A DNA stretch of 64,000 bases from an uncultured Alphaproteobacteria bacterium (GTDB lineage Bacteria > Pseudomonadota > Alphaproteobacteria > Rhodobacterales > Rhodobacteraceae): the NCBI GenBank assembly GCA_963698645.1, contig CAVORP010000001.1:380507-444506 (forward strand), written 5' to 3'. The position numbers were made by a program, and so were the translations under genes. A model generated the notes under the pieces. That model was not told the origin of the DNA. It did no database searches and worked only from the letters and a program-made list of their open reading frames with translations. This document shows, piece after piece, positions 10,804-21,623 of this stretch. Within the stretch, counting starts at the first letter, position 1. The number at the start of each line of letters is the position of its first letter.

Positions 10804-13350
10804 TTACGACCGCTGCAGCGCGTCACGGATCGCAAGATGAGCGGCGGCAAGTCGCGCAACGGGCACTCGGAACGGCGAACAACTCACATAATCGAATCCC
10901 GCCGCACGGCAGAATGCGATCGAATCCGGGTCGCCCGCATGCTCGCCACAGACCGACAGGGTCAGGTCGGCGCGGCCGTGCCGCCCCCGTTCCGCCCCGA
11001 TCGTGAGCAATTCTCCCACCCCGTCGATGTCCAGCCGGTGAAACGGGTCCTCCACGAACACGCCCTGGCTCACATAGGACCCCATGAACCGCCCCGCATC
11101 GTCCCGCGACAGGCCATAGGTCATCTGCGTCAGGTCGTTCGTGCCGAAACTCAGGAAGGCCGATTGCTGGGCGATCTCGTCGGCCCGAAGACAGGCGCGC
11201 GGCGTCTCCACCATCACCCCCAGCCGATAATCGAAATCGGCGCCGGTCTCGTTCCGCACGGCCACCGCCACGGCATCGACGCGCATCTTGACCAGCTCCA
11301 CCTCGCGGCGCGCGCTCACCAGCGGGATCATGATCTCGGGCACCACCGGCGCGCCGCCCCGGCTGGCCTCCACCGTTGCCTCGAAGATCGCCCGCGCCTG
11401 CATGTCGTAGATCTCGGGAAACGCGATCCCCAGCCGCACACCGCGCATTCCCAGCATCGGGTTGAACTCGCTCAGCGCCTCGACCCGGCGCGTCACCTTC
11501 CCCATGGAAATATCAAGCGCATCCGCCAGTTCGCGCAGCCCCTCCCGCCCCGAAGGCAGGAATTCGTGCAGCGGCGGGTCCAGAAGCCGGATACAGACCG
11601 GCAGGCCCTGCATGATCTCGAACAGCGCGGTGAAATCCGCCCGCTGCATCGGCAAAAGCCGCTCCAGCACCGCCGCCCGATCCGCCGAACTGTCGGCAAA
11701 GATCATCTCGCGCATCACCGTCAAACGCTCTTCCTCAAAGAACATATGCTCGGTCCGGCACAACCCGATGCCCTCGGCCTCGAACGCCCGCGCCATCTGC
11801 GCCTCCACCACCGTGTCGGCATTGGCGCGCACGCCGATGTCGCGCGCCTCGTCGGCCCAGCCCAGAAGCGTGCGGAAACTCTCGTCCAGCGCCGGCTCCA
11901 GAAGATCCGCCGCACCGACAAGCGCCTCGCCCTGCGTGCCGTCCAGCGTGATCACATCGCCCTCGTGAAACACCCGGCCATCGATCCCGGTCAGCGTCTT
12001 CTCGCGCCGGTTCAGCCGCAGGTCCGACACGCCCACGACGCAGGGAAGGCCCAGCCCGCGCGCGATCACCGCCGCATGGCTCGTCATCCCGCCGCGCTCG
12101 GTCAGAACGCCCACCGACGCATGCATCCCGCGAATATCCTCGGGCGAGGTCTCGCGCCGGACAAGAATGCACGGCTCCTCGCGCGACGCGCTCTGCTGTG
12201 CTGCGGCCGAGGTGAACACCAACCGCCCCGTCGCCGCCCCCGGACTGGCGGCGATCCCCCGGGCAAACACATCGCGCGCGCCCCTCGGGTCCACCTGCCG
12301 GTGCAGAAGTTCCGGCAAGGCCCGGGGCTCGACCCGCAACACCGCCTCGTCATGGCTGATGATTCCATCCTCGGCCAGCGCCACCGCGATGCGCACATCG
12401 CCCCGCGCCGTCCGCACCACCCGGACCGCATCCAGAATGGCAAGGTTGCCCGCCTGAATGGTGAATTCGATCTGCATTTCCTCGCGCAGCCGCGTCCGAC
12501 AGACCTCCGCCAACTCGCGCAGCCGCGCGAAGATCGCCGGCGACAATTCCTCAAGCGACGGCCCGCGCGGATCCCGCGTCAGGTACAGCGCCCGCTCGCG
12601 CTCGGTCACCGCATCACGGCCCTGGCTCTGGCTCAGATAGCGACCGGTGATCTGCGGTTGCCCCGTTGCCCCGTCCACAAGCTGAAACACCCCCGACCCG
12701 GATTCGACCGGCCCAAGTCCCAGCGCCATCTTCTGCACCACCAGCCCCAGCCCCGCATCCGCCGGCGCGCCCTTGGCCTGCCGCAACAGCCGTGCCGTGG
12801 TTCCCTCCCACGCGCGCGCCATGGATTTCAGGACATCCGAAAGCTGCCGTTCCACGTCCTGCGGGAACTGCTCGTCGGATTCTTCCTCATAGGCGTCAAG
12901 CAGGTCGTCGATCGACGCGCTGACCTCGTCATCCTCGAACATGTCCGGGTCAAGCCGCGCCACATGCACCGCGTAGGACTGGATGAACCGCCGATACAGC
13001 CGGTCCGCCGCTTCCTGACCCAATGTCTCGGTCAACTCCCGGTGGCGCGCCGCATTCATCCCGATATTCAGGATCGCCCCCGGCCCGCCCCAATCGGGGT
13101 CAAGGCTCGACGGGCGCACCGAAATCAGCGGTGCGTCTCCGAATTCCGCGATCAGCGCGGCCACATTCGGCATATGCCCCTGCGCGATCGCCCGCACCGC
13201 GGGAAAGGAAATGGCCACGGTGCGCGGCACGGGCATCTCAAGCCGGATCAGCCGCTGAAGACATTTCGCCCGGCTACCATGAAGCGACGCCGAAACCGGG
13301 GCGGTCGGCGTGATCAGGACAAAGTCCGAGATTTCGAAATGTTGCTGCAC
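10804..13350 (-). CDS. ppdK: pyruvate phosphate dikinase-like PEP-utilising protein with divergent N-terminal domain
   Basis: GGMTSHAAVIAR, GIGLCRTEHMF, NPMLGMRG, SFGTNDLTQ, VCGEH. Confidence 0.85.
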   Translation of the reverse strand: MQQHFEISDFVLITPTAPVSASLHGSRAKCLQRLIRLEMPVPRTVAISFPAVRAIAQGHMPNVAALIAEFGDAPLISVRPSSLDPDWGGPGAILNIGMNAARHRELTETLGQEAADRLYRRFIQSYAVHVARLDPDMFEDDEVSASIDDLLDAYEEESDEQFPQDVERQLSDVLKSMARAWEGTTARLLRQAKGAPADAGLGLVVQKMALGLGPVESGSGVFQLVDGATGQPQITGRYLSQSQGRDAVTERERALYLTRDPRGPSLEELSPAIFARLRELAEVCRTRLREEMQIEFTIQAGNLAILDAVRVVRTARGDVRIAVALAEDGIISHDEAVLRVEPRALPELLHRQVDPRGARDVFARGIAASPGAATGRLVFTSAAAQQSASREEPCILVRRETSPEDIRGMHASVGVLTERGGMTSHAAVIARGLGLPCVVGVSDLRLNRREKTLTGIDGRVFHEGDVITLDGTQGEALVGAADLLEPALDESFRTLLGWADEARDIGVRANADTVVEAQMARAFEAEGIGLCRTEHMFFEEERLTVMREMIFADSSADRAAVLERLLPMQRADFTALFEIMQGLPVCIRLLDPPLHEFLPSGREGLRELADALDISMGKVTRRVEALSEFNPMLGMRGVRLGIAFPEIYDMQARAIFEATVEASRGGAPVVPEIMIPLVSARREVELVKMRVDAVAVAVRNETGADFDYRLGVMVETPRACLRADEIAQQSAFLSFGTNDLTQMTYGLSRDDAGRFMGSYVSQGVFVEDPFHRLDIDGVGELLTIGAERGRHGRADLTLSVCGEHAGDPDSIAFCRAAGFDYVSCSPFRVPVARLAAAHLAIRDALQRS

Positions 13351-13535
13351 TGCGGCGTTACTCCTTTGGCCGCAGCATAGAATGTAACGCTAGCCTGACA
13401 AGTCCCCGGATCGCCCAGGCTGACATGCCGCAGGCAAACGTTGCAAAGCGGTCGGCGCGATGCGCATCGGAAACCGCATGCCATGCGCATGGAATACACA
13501 TGGTCCGAACGCCGCGGTAACGACTTCCCGAGCGG

Positions 13536-15762
13536 TCAGCCCTCAAGCTGCGTGAGGTCCGCGACCCTGCCACAGGTCTCGCGGATAAGATGCAGAAGAT
13601 TCAGACGGTTACGACGAAAGATCGCATTCTCCGCATTGACCTGCACCGCTTCGAAGAAGCCGTCGATCGGCCCGCGCAATTCCGCCAGCGCCTCCATGGC
13701 CCCGGTAAAGTCATGCTTTTCCAGATGCCTTGGCAATCAAAGGCTCCGCCTTGTCGAGCGCGGTGAACAGCGCGCGCTCGGCATCGACCTCCGCCAGTTT
13801 CGCGTCCGGCCCATAGGAATACTCGACCCCATCGGCCTCTTCCGCCTGCTGCAAGATGTTGTTTGCACGGCGAAATCCCTGCACAAGGTTCTCTCCGTCC
13901 TCGGTCTCCAGCACCGCCTGCAAGGCCCGCGCCCGCTGGACCACGCGCAAAAGATCATCCGACCCCGGCATCGCCAGCGCCGCATCGATCACATCGTGCC
14001 GCACCCCCTCGCCTCGCAGGTGAACTTTCAGCCGCTCATGGAAAAAGGCCAGCAAATCCGTGCTCTTATCGGGCACAGCCTTGGCGATTTCCGCGGCAAC
14101 GCCGTCGCCCACCGCGTCGCGAATGGTCCGAACGGCCGCTCCGAAAACCCCGTGTTCAGCAATATCCGTCACGATCTCGTCCAGCGCCTTATGGTCTTCC
14201 GCCCCCGCATCGGACCGCTTCAGCGCAACCTTGTGAGACAAAAGGCCCGCGTCAAAGAACCGGTCAAGCGAAAGGGTCAGATCGTTTTCCAGAACAAGCC
14301 GGATGATGCCCAGGGCCGCCCGGCGCAGCGCAAACGGATCCTTCGATCCCGTGGGCTTTTCGTCGATCGCCCAGAATCCCGTCAGGATATCCACCTTGTC
14401 GGCCAGCGCCACCGCCACGGAAACAGGCTCGGACGGCACGGTGTCAGAGGGCCCCAAAGGCGCGTAATGGTCTTCGCAGGCGGCCGCTACGGCGTCGGAA
14501 AGCCCCTCGGCCTTGGCGTAATATCGACCCATAACCCCTTGTAATTCCGGGAATTCATAGACCATCTCGGAAACAAGGTCGGCCTTCATGACACGCGCTG
14601 CCAGCGCCGCCTCTCCGGCATCGGCCCCCACCATCGGCGCGATTTCGCGCGCCAGCGCCGCAATCCGGGCGATCCGCTCGGACTGGGTTCCAAGCTGCCC
14701 GTGAAACGTCACACGCTCCAGCTTTCGCGCCATCCCGGCAAGACCCTTTTCCCGCACCGCCCGCAGGTCGTTCTCCCAAAAGAACTTGGCATCCGACAAC
14801 CGCGCCGCCAGCACCTTTCGGTTCCCCGCAAGGATCGTCGCGCCGTCATCGGCGGCTTCGGTATTGGCAACCATCACGAATTTCTCGATCCGCCCGGTCT
14901 TGGGATTCCTCACCGAAAAGAACTTCTGATGTTCCCGCATCGAGCTCTGCAGAACCTCCGCCGGAAGCTCCAGGAAATCCTCGGCGATCGGCCCCATCAG
15001 GACCACCGGCCACTCCGCCAGCCCCGCCACCTCGGCCAGAAGCCCACGGTCCTCGACGACCTCAAGCCCCTGCGCAAAAGCCGCGCTTTCGGCATCCGCC
15101 CAGATATGCCCGGCGCGCTCTTCCGCCGAAAGGATCACCTTGGCGCGCTTCAGCCTTGCCGCGTAATCATCGAAATTCGCTACGGAAAACGTATCCGGCG
15201 CCAGAAAACGATGTCCCACCGTCCGGTTGCCTGCAACGATCCCGTCGATCTCCAGCGGCACAACATGGCCACCCGCCTCGTCGCTCAGAAGACACAGGAT
15301 CCCATGCAGCGGCCGCACCCAGCGAAGGCTGCCGCTGCCCCAGCGCATGGATTTCGGCCACGGGAAATTCCGCACCGTCGCCTCAAGCACCTCGGCCACG
15401 ATCTCCGAGGCCGGGCGGCCCGGCTTTTCGATCACTGCGAACCACACATCGCCCTTCGGCGTGGCGCGTGCCTCAAGGTCGTCCTTGGCCAGCCCCGTCG
15501 ATCGCAGGAACCCCTGCAGGGCCTGCTCCGGCGCATCCGTCCGGGGCCCCTTTCGCTCTTCCCGAACCGCCGGGCTTTCCGCCAGAAGACCCTCGATCGC
15601 AAGGGTCAGCCGCCGCGGCGTCGCGAACCCCGCAGCCCCGGCATAGGTCAGGCCGGCCTCTACCAGCCCCTCGGTCACCAGCCGGCGCAGGTCATCGGCC
15701 GCCCGCGCCTGCATCCGCGCGGGAATTTCCTCGGAGAGAAGTTCGATCAATAGGTCGGGCAT
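13536..15762 (-). CDS. glyS: glycine-tRNA ligase beta subunit (frameshift near 13726)
   Basis: ELLSEEIPA, TPRRL, PKSMRWG, EFPELQG.MG, PTGSKDPFALRR, RRNRLNLL. Confidence 0.95.
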
Positions 15763-15797
15763 GGTCCGGGATCCGGGATTTGAAACGTGACGCTCTG

Positions 15798-16494
15798 TTA
15801 TGCTGTCTTCTCAAGGATCACAACTTGCGCGCGGTATTCCTTGTTCGTCTTCCGCGTATCCAGAACAGGGCAAAGCCGTGTCCGATCACCGAATTTCTCA
15901 GCGAGCAAATCCGGTCAACGCCTCAAGCGTCGTCCCGAACGGGTCAAGCGCATTGGCCGCTTCCGGTGTCTGACCCTTGGTATAATCCAGCAGCATGAGT
16001 CCACCGGGGCGCATCGCATCCAGCCACGCCGAAAACGCACGCCCGGGATCGAACGCATGGTCCCATGAGTTCGAATAGATGAAATCGGCCCGCCCGGCCC
16101 AATCGGGGTTCGGATCGTGGAAATCCCATTGGACCGTATCGGGAAAATCCGAGGCCGTATCGGAGATCTCGGTCCCGATGACCTCGGGCGCGCCTGGAAG
16201 ATGCGCCCGGAACCACGCCTGCTCGGCCCCGCGCCGGGTTCCGTGGCAGATGCCGAACCGGACCTCTCCGATAAGGGACGTCAGATGGTCCGCCAGAATG
16301 CGGATATGGGATTCCTTGACGAACTGCATCTTCAGTTTCGCCTTGTTTCCCGCCACCTGAACATCGCGATAGGTGTCGTAGTCGGGATATTGGTGAAGAA
16401 CATAGCCCTCACCCTCAAGCTTCTGATCTCCGGCACGCTCCTGCGCCGCCAGAACCGCCCGCTTGTAGGGGCCAAGTTTGGTGTCGTCACTCAT
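15798..16494 (-). CDS. putative class I SAM-dependent methyltransferase-like protein (frameshift near 15912)
   Basis: GICHGTRRGAE, IGTEIS, DFIYSNSWDHAFDP, MRPGG; removing one G extends the frame to TAA at 15798. Confidence 0.65.
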
Positions 16495-17045
16495 CGGATG
16501 CTCCGCTCGCACGTTCCGGGGCGGGCGGGCAGCCCTCGGGCGCGGGTCGGCCGTCGAACACCACTTCGCCACAGCGGTTGATCTGCTGCCACGCATAGCC
16601 CCGCCCATCGGGATAAAGCGCGATGACGCGGTCAATCCCATAGATCTCGTTCGATCCCGCCAACACGGCGACCGCCGCGCCCGAGGTCAGATCGGCACCG
16701 ATCCGAACCGGCATCGAAACAGTCGAACCAGCCGGGTGCGTTCAGGGGAACGGGGTCTTCCGCCGCCATCAGCGCCGCCACATCGGGCACCGCTCCGGCA
16801 AGGGTGAAACAGGCCCTGAACCGGATCGGTGAGGATGTGGAATTGATCGCCGAAAAGTCTTCGACATCAAGGGTTTGCGCCGCTCCACCACCTGCGGGAA
16901 TGACCCGCATCTCGACGATCCCGCTCTCGTCCCGATCGCCCAATTCAAGCGTTTCGTAGAAGGCATAGACCTGAAAATAATACAGCGCGATCCCGGCGAT
17001 CAGGCCCGACGCGATCAGGATCATCCCAAGGAGCTTTCCGCTCAT
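16487..17045 (-). CDS. conserved membrane-anchored protein of the glyQ-glyS interval (DUF6446-like; frameshift near 16709)
   Basis: N-terminal TM, YYFQVYAFY, SSPIRFRACF, APGWFDCFDA, WQQINRCG..VFDG. Confidence 0.75.
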
Positions 17046-17975
17046 CAGGCTGCCCTTCCGCCCGCCTCGGTTTCAAGAAATGCATCTGCGCAATCCTTGG
17101 CCAAAGCCCGCACCCGCCCGATATAGGCCTGCCGCTCGGTCACCGAGATTACACCACGCGCGTCCAGATAGGTTGAACAGGTGGCTGGCCTTGATGCATT
17201 GGTCATAGGCCGGCTGCACCATGATGATCTCCCGCCCGGTCTTGGGATCCTTGGCCGGGGCCGCAAGGGTCCGGGCGCATTCGGCTTCGGCATCCTCGAA
17301 ATGCTGAAACAGAGTGGCGGTATCGGCCTGGTCGAAATTCCAGCGCGAATATTCCTGCTCGGCCTGACGAAAGACATCGCCATAGGTCAGGGGGATCGCC
17401 GAGGCGGGATCGTTGAACGGCATGTCCATCACATGATCCGCGCCCAGAACATACATCGCAAGACGCTCGAGCCCATAGGTCAGTTCACCCGCGACGGGGG
17501 CACAATCATGGCCGCCCACCTGCTGGAAATACGTGAACTGGCTGACTTCCATGCCATCGCACCAGACTTCCCAGCCAAGCCCCCATGCACCGAGGGTCGG
17601 GCTTTCCCAGTCGTCCTCGACGAACCGGATATCGTGCACGTTCGCATCAATCCCGATCGCGGCGAGTGACCCGAGGTAGAGGTCCTGAAAGCCCGGCGGA
17701 GAGGGCTTCATGATCACCTGAAACTGATAGTAATGCTGAAGCCGGTTCGGGTTTTCGCCATAGCGCCCGTCCGTGGGCCGTCGGCATGGCTGAACATAGG
17801 CCGCGGCCCATTCCTTCGGGCCAAGCGCGCGCAGGGTCGTGGCAGGGTGAAATGTTCCCGCGCCGACTTCGAGGTCGTAGGGCTGGAGGATCGCACAGCC
17901 CTGCCCGGCCCAATAGGTCTGCAGCCGCAGGATCACGTCCTGAAAGCAATTCGGCGGGGTCTTGGTCGCGTCCAT
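17045..17975 (-). CDS. glyQ: glycine-tRNA ligase alpha subunit (frameshift near 17169)
   Basis: [55 protein letters not shown]. Confidence 0.96.
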
Positions 17976-18109
17976 CGCGGGCTTTCTCCTGAAACGCGTT
18001 CTCATTAGGCAACAGGGACGTCAGGGTCAATCGACCCGGCCCATTATTGGGGTGCATCCCTTCACGGCTTTGCTAGATTGCACCCTGACGATTTCCTAAG
18101 GGGTGAATA

Positions 18110-19846
18110 ATGGCTGTCCTTCAGCGTGTCTGGTGCCTTGCCGTCGTGGCCTTGTTCGCCACCGGATGTCTCGCGGTTGCGCCCGCCCGCGCACAAGAGG
18201 CCGTCTGGCTTCAGATCGAGGCCCGGCCCAATCTTGCCAGCGCCGAAGAGCGCGCCCGCGACTATGCCTCGCGGCTCGAGAACGTGGTGGGCTTCCGGCT
18301 TGCCTCGGGCTGGTACGCGATCGCGCTTGGCCCCTATACGCCCGAAGCCGCCACGGCCCAGTTGAGCGGCCTGCGCAGCACACGACAAGTCCCGGGAGAC
18401 AGCTTTGTCTCCGACGGGGCCGGGTTCCGCGATCAGTTCTGGCCCACAGGTGCAACCGGTATCGCCACCCCGCCCATTGCGGCGCCAACGACCGTCGAAG
18501 AAACCGCTCTCACTCCGCCGATCCCGGCGGACGAAACGGTGGCCGAGGCCCGGGCCTCGGAACGTCTCCTGAACCGGGAGGAACGCGAGGAATTGCAGCG
18601 CGCGTTACAGATACAGGGGTTTTACAACTCCCGCATCGACGGCTCGATCGGCCCGGGAACCCGCAACGCCATGGCCGCATGGCAGGAATTCGCGGGATAC
18701 GAGGTGACGGGCGTTCTCACCAGCGGGCAACGTGCCGAACTGGTGAACAGCCTGCGCGAATTGCTGGACAGTCTCGCCATGCGTCAGGTTCTCGACATCC
18801 GCGCCGGGATCGAGATCGACCTTCCCATGGGTATGGTCACATTCAAGGGCTACGATGCGCCCTTTGCCCGCTACGCCGGAGAGGACGTTCAGGTCCTTCT
18901 GATCAGCCAGTCCGGGGATCGCGATACGCTTCAGGGCCTCTATGACGTCATGCAGACGCTCGAAATCGTTCCGCTGGATGGCGCGCGCGAGATCGGCCGC
19001 ACCAGTTTCACGCTGACCGGACGCAATGACCGGATCTTCTCCTATACCTATGCCGAGATCCGAGACGATGCGGTGAAGGGTTACACGCTTGTCTGGCCGA
19101 CCGAGGACGCCTTGCGCGGCCGGATCGCGCTTGACCGTATGCAGGCAAGCTTTACCGCGCTGGCCGATGCCGTGCTGCCCGATACGGCCGGAGACATGGC
19201 GCTGCAACGGCCCGATCTTCTGGCAGGGCTTCAGATCCGTCAGTCGGATTCGTCCGTCAGCGGGTTCTATGTGACCTCCGACGGTACTGTCCTGACCGTG
19301 GCCGCACCATTGGCCGCCTGCGCCCGGATCACGCTGGATGGCGATACCGAGGCCGATCTGATCGCGACGGATACAGAACTTGGGCTGGCGCTGCTGCGAC
19401 CGCGCTCCCGACTGGCACCGCTGGGAATCGGACGGATCACCGACCAGACCCCGCGCCTGCAATCGGATATCGCGGTCGCGGGATATTCCTATGGTGGCCG
19501 GCTTGGTGCCCCGACGATGAGTTTCGGCACGCTGGAGGATCTCGAGGGACTGGAGGGCGAAGACAGCCTCAAGCGTCTGGCATTGAACGTGCAGCCCGGC
19601 GATGCGGGCGGGCCGGTTCTGGATACCGGCGGGGCGGTTGTCGGACTCTTGCTGCCCAAGGACGGCGCAAATGACCGGACCCTGCCGGAAGACGTGAATT
19701 TTGCGGCCGATGCCGAAGCCATCATCGCGTTTCTGGAGGCGAATGGCATCGCGATCACGCCACCGAACACGAACGCGGCCATGGCCCCCGAAGACCTTGC
19801 CCTTCTGGGGGCGGACATGACCGTACTTGTGGAATGCTGGAACTAA
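18110..19846 (+). CDS. secreted protein with peptidoglycan-binding domain and trypsin-like C-terminal domain
   Basis: Signal peptide; LQRAL...GFY...IDG.IGPGTR.A..AWQ; SGFYV, PGDAGGPVLD..GAVVG. Confidence 0.85.
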   Translation: MAVLQRVWCLAVVALFATGCLAVAPARAQEAVWLQIEARPNLASAEERARDYASRLENVVGFRLASGWYAIALGPYTPEAATAQLSGLRSTRQVPGDSFVSDGAGFRDQFWPTGATGIATPPIAAPTTVEETALTPPIPADETVAEARASERLLNREEREELQRALQIQGFYNSRIDGSIGPGTRNAMAAWQEFAGYEVTGVLTSGQRAELVNSLRELLDSLAMRQVLDIRAGIEIDLPMGMVTFKGYDAPFARYAGEDVQVLLISQSGDRDTLQGLYDVMQTLEIVPLDGAREIGRTSFTLTGRNDRIFSYTYAEIRDDAVKGYTLVWPTEDALRGRIALDRMQASFTALADAVLPDTAGDMALQRPDLLAGLQIRQSDSSVSGFYVTSDGTVLTVAAPLAACARITLDGDTEADLIATDTELGLALLRPRSRLAPLGIGRITDQTPRLQSDIAVAGYSYGGRLGAPTMSFGTLEDLEGLEGEDSLKRLALNVQPGDAGGPVLDTGGAVVGLLLPKDGANDRTLPEDVNFAADAEAIIAFLEANGIAITPPNTNAAMAPEDLALLGADMTVLVECWN

Positions 19847-19853
19847 CCGGGGC

Positions 19854-21306
19854 CTAGCTGGTCCGCCAGAAGTTCACGGTCAAGATCGCGTAGACGGCCA
19901 TCAGTTCCAGCCGCCCGACAAGCATCGCGGCGCTGAGGATCCATTTGGCGGCTACGTTCAGCCCGCTGAAATTGCCCGCTGGTCCGATTTCGTCGCCCAG
20001 TCCCGGACCGATATTGGCCAGTGCCGTGGCGGCCCCCGAGACCGAGGTGGTGAAATCCAGACCGGTCATCCCCAGCGCCACGGCAAACAGGCCGAGGCTC
20101 ACGACGAACAGAACGAAAAAGGCCATCACCGATGACAGGACGTCCTCGCCCACCGGCCGCCCATCGAACCTCGGCACGAAGATACCGCTGGGCGAGTGGA
20201 TTCGACGGATCTGTGCCTTGATCGACGAAAACAGGATCTGGTAGCGAAAGATCTTGACCGAACAGCAGGTCGACCCGGCACATCCGCCGACCAACCCGAC
20301 GAAGAAGAAGACGACAACCGGCAATCCGCCCCAAAGCTGGTAGTCGACGCTGGCATATCCGGTCCCGGTCGCAATCGAGGTGATGTTGAACACCGCCTCG
20401 CGGAACCCGTGCTCAAGCCCGTCACCATTCACGAGGATCCGAAAGGCGGTGATCCCGACCGTGGTGATGGCGATCATCCAGAAGAACGCCCGGACCTGGG
20501 TATCGCGGTAAAGCGGATGCAGGCTTCCGGCCAGAAGCTGCACGTAGCGGACGAAGGGCAGGCTTGCCAGCACCATAAAGACGGTCGCCACGTATTCCGC
20601 GCTGCCCTGAAAGTCGCCCATCGAGGCGTCACGGGTCGAAAAGCCACCCGTCGATACGGTCGTCAGCGCATGGTTGATCGCGTCGAATGTCCCCATGCCC
20701 GTAAGCAGATAGGTTACGACACAGGCCACCGTCAGCACGCAATAGATGATCGAGATCTGGCGCGCGATCTCGGTCGCGCGCGGCAGGATTTTTCCCATCG
20801 TCTCGAACGCCTCGGAGCGGAAGATCTGCATCCCCCCGATCCGCAATTCCGGCAGAAACACCATGGCCACGACGATGATGCCGATGCCGCCGAACCATTG
20901 CAGCATGGACCGCCACAGAAGAAGCCCGCGCGGCATCTCGTCCAGTCCCGAGAACACCGTGGATCCGGTGGTGGTCAGCCCCGACATGGCCTCGAAGAAC
21001 GCATCCGTCACGCTGGCCTCGGTTGCGCCCATGATGAATGGCAGGGCCCCGAAGATCGGCAGCGCGACCCAGACGAGGGTCGTCAGCAAGAAGGTCTGCT
21101 GGATCGTCAGGCCCTGGGTCACCCCGTTGGCACAGGCCAGCGCCATCAACCCGCCGATCAGCGCCGCGAGAATCGCCGAATTCCAGGAAAGCAGGCCAGT
21201 TGTCATTGCCATCCAATAAATCCAGCGCCATGGGCAGCAGCATGGTAGCTCCCAGCGCGGCCACCAGAAGGCCGATGACATATCCCACGGGACGAAGGTC
21301 GATCAT
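19854..21306 (-). CDS. trkH: Trk potassium uptake membrane protein (frameshift near 21180)
   Basis: FFEAMSGLTTTG, QWFGGIG, STGGFS, GGCAGST, N.GPGL, GRLE. Confidence 0.94.
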
Positions 21307-21623
21307 GGGGCGCAGGGTTGGTCCGGGGCGGGCCATGTGTCAACCGACTTCCAACAACCGGCGCGCGATGGTTGACAGGGTGCATCGCCATTGCCCCCGA
21401 TCGGGGAAGAATTCTCTTCCCAAGGTCTTCGATTGCAGAGGCTGATTGCCGAACCGGTTCTGATCTTCATGACCGCGCTTCCCGCCGCGGCAGCCTGTCC
21501 GGATCGCCCCGCAAGACGCGAGGCGATCACGCTAACCCGCGAAGTGCCCTTCCTTTCCCGAGTCACTACGAAGGGTGGTGCGGGTTTGTGTGAAGCGGAG
21601 ATTCCGGAAAAGGAAGGCGTTGT

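Noticed and set aside
10791-10807. CtrA-like site (GTAA-N7-ATAAC) upstream of the cell wall hydrolase; similar weak sites near 24963 and 49709
   Set aside because: Two or more mismatches to TTAA-N7-TTAAC, and one overlaps a stop codon; not supportable without conservation data
10648-13380. 910-aa + strand ORF and other long antisense ORFs (e.g. 37853..40267, 8855..10693, 54628..56016)
   Set aside because: Shadow frames of real genes in GC-rich DNA, with Arg/Pro/His-rich translations and no motifs
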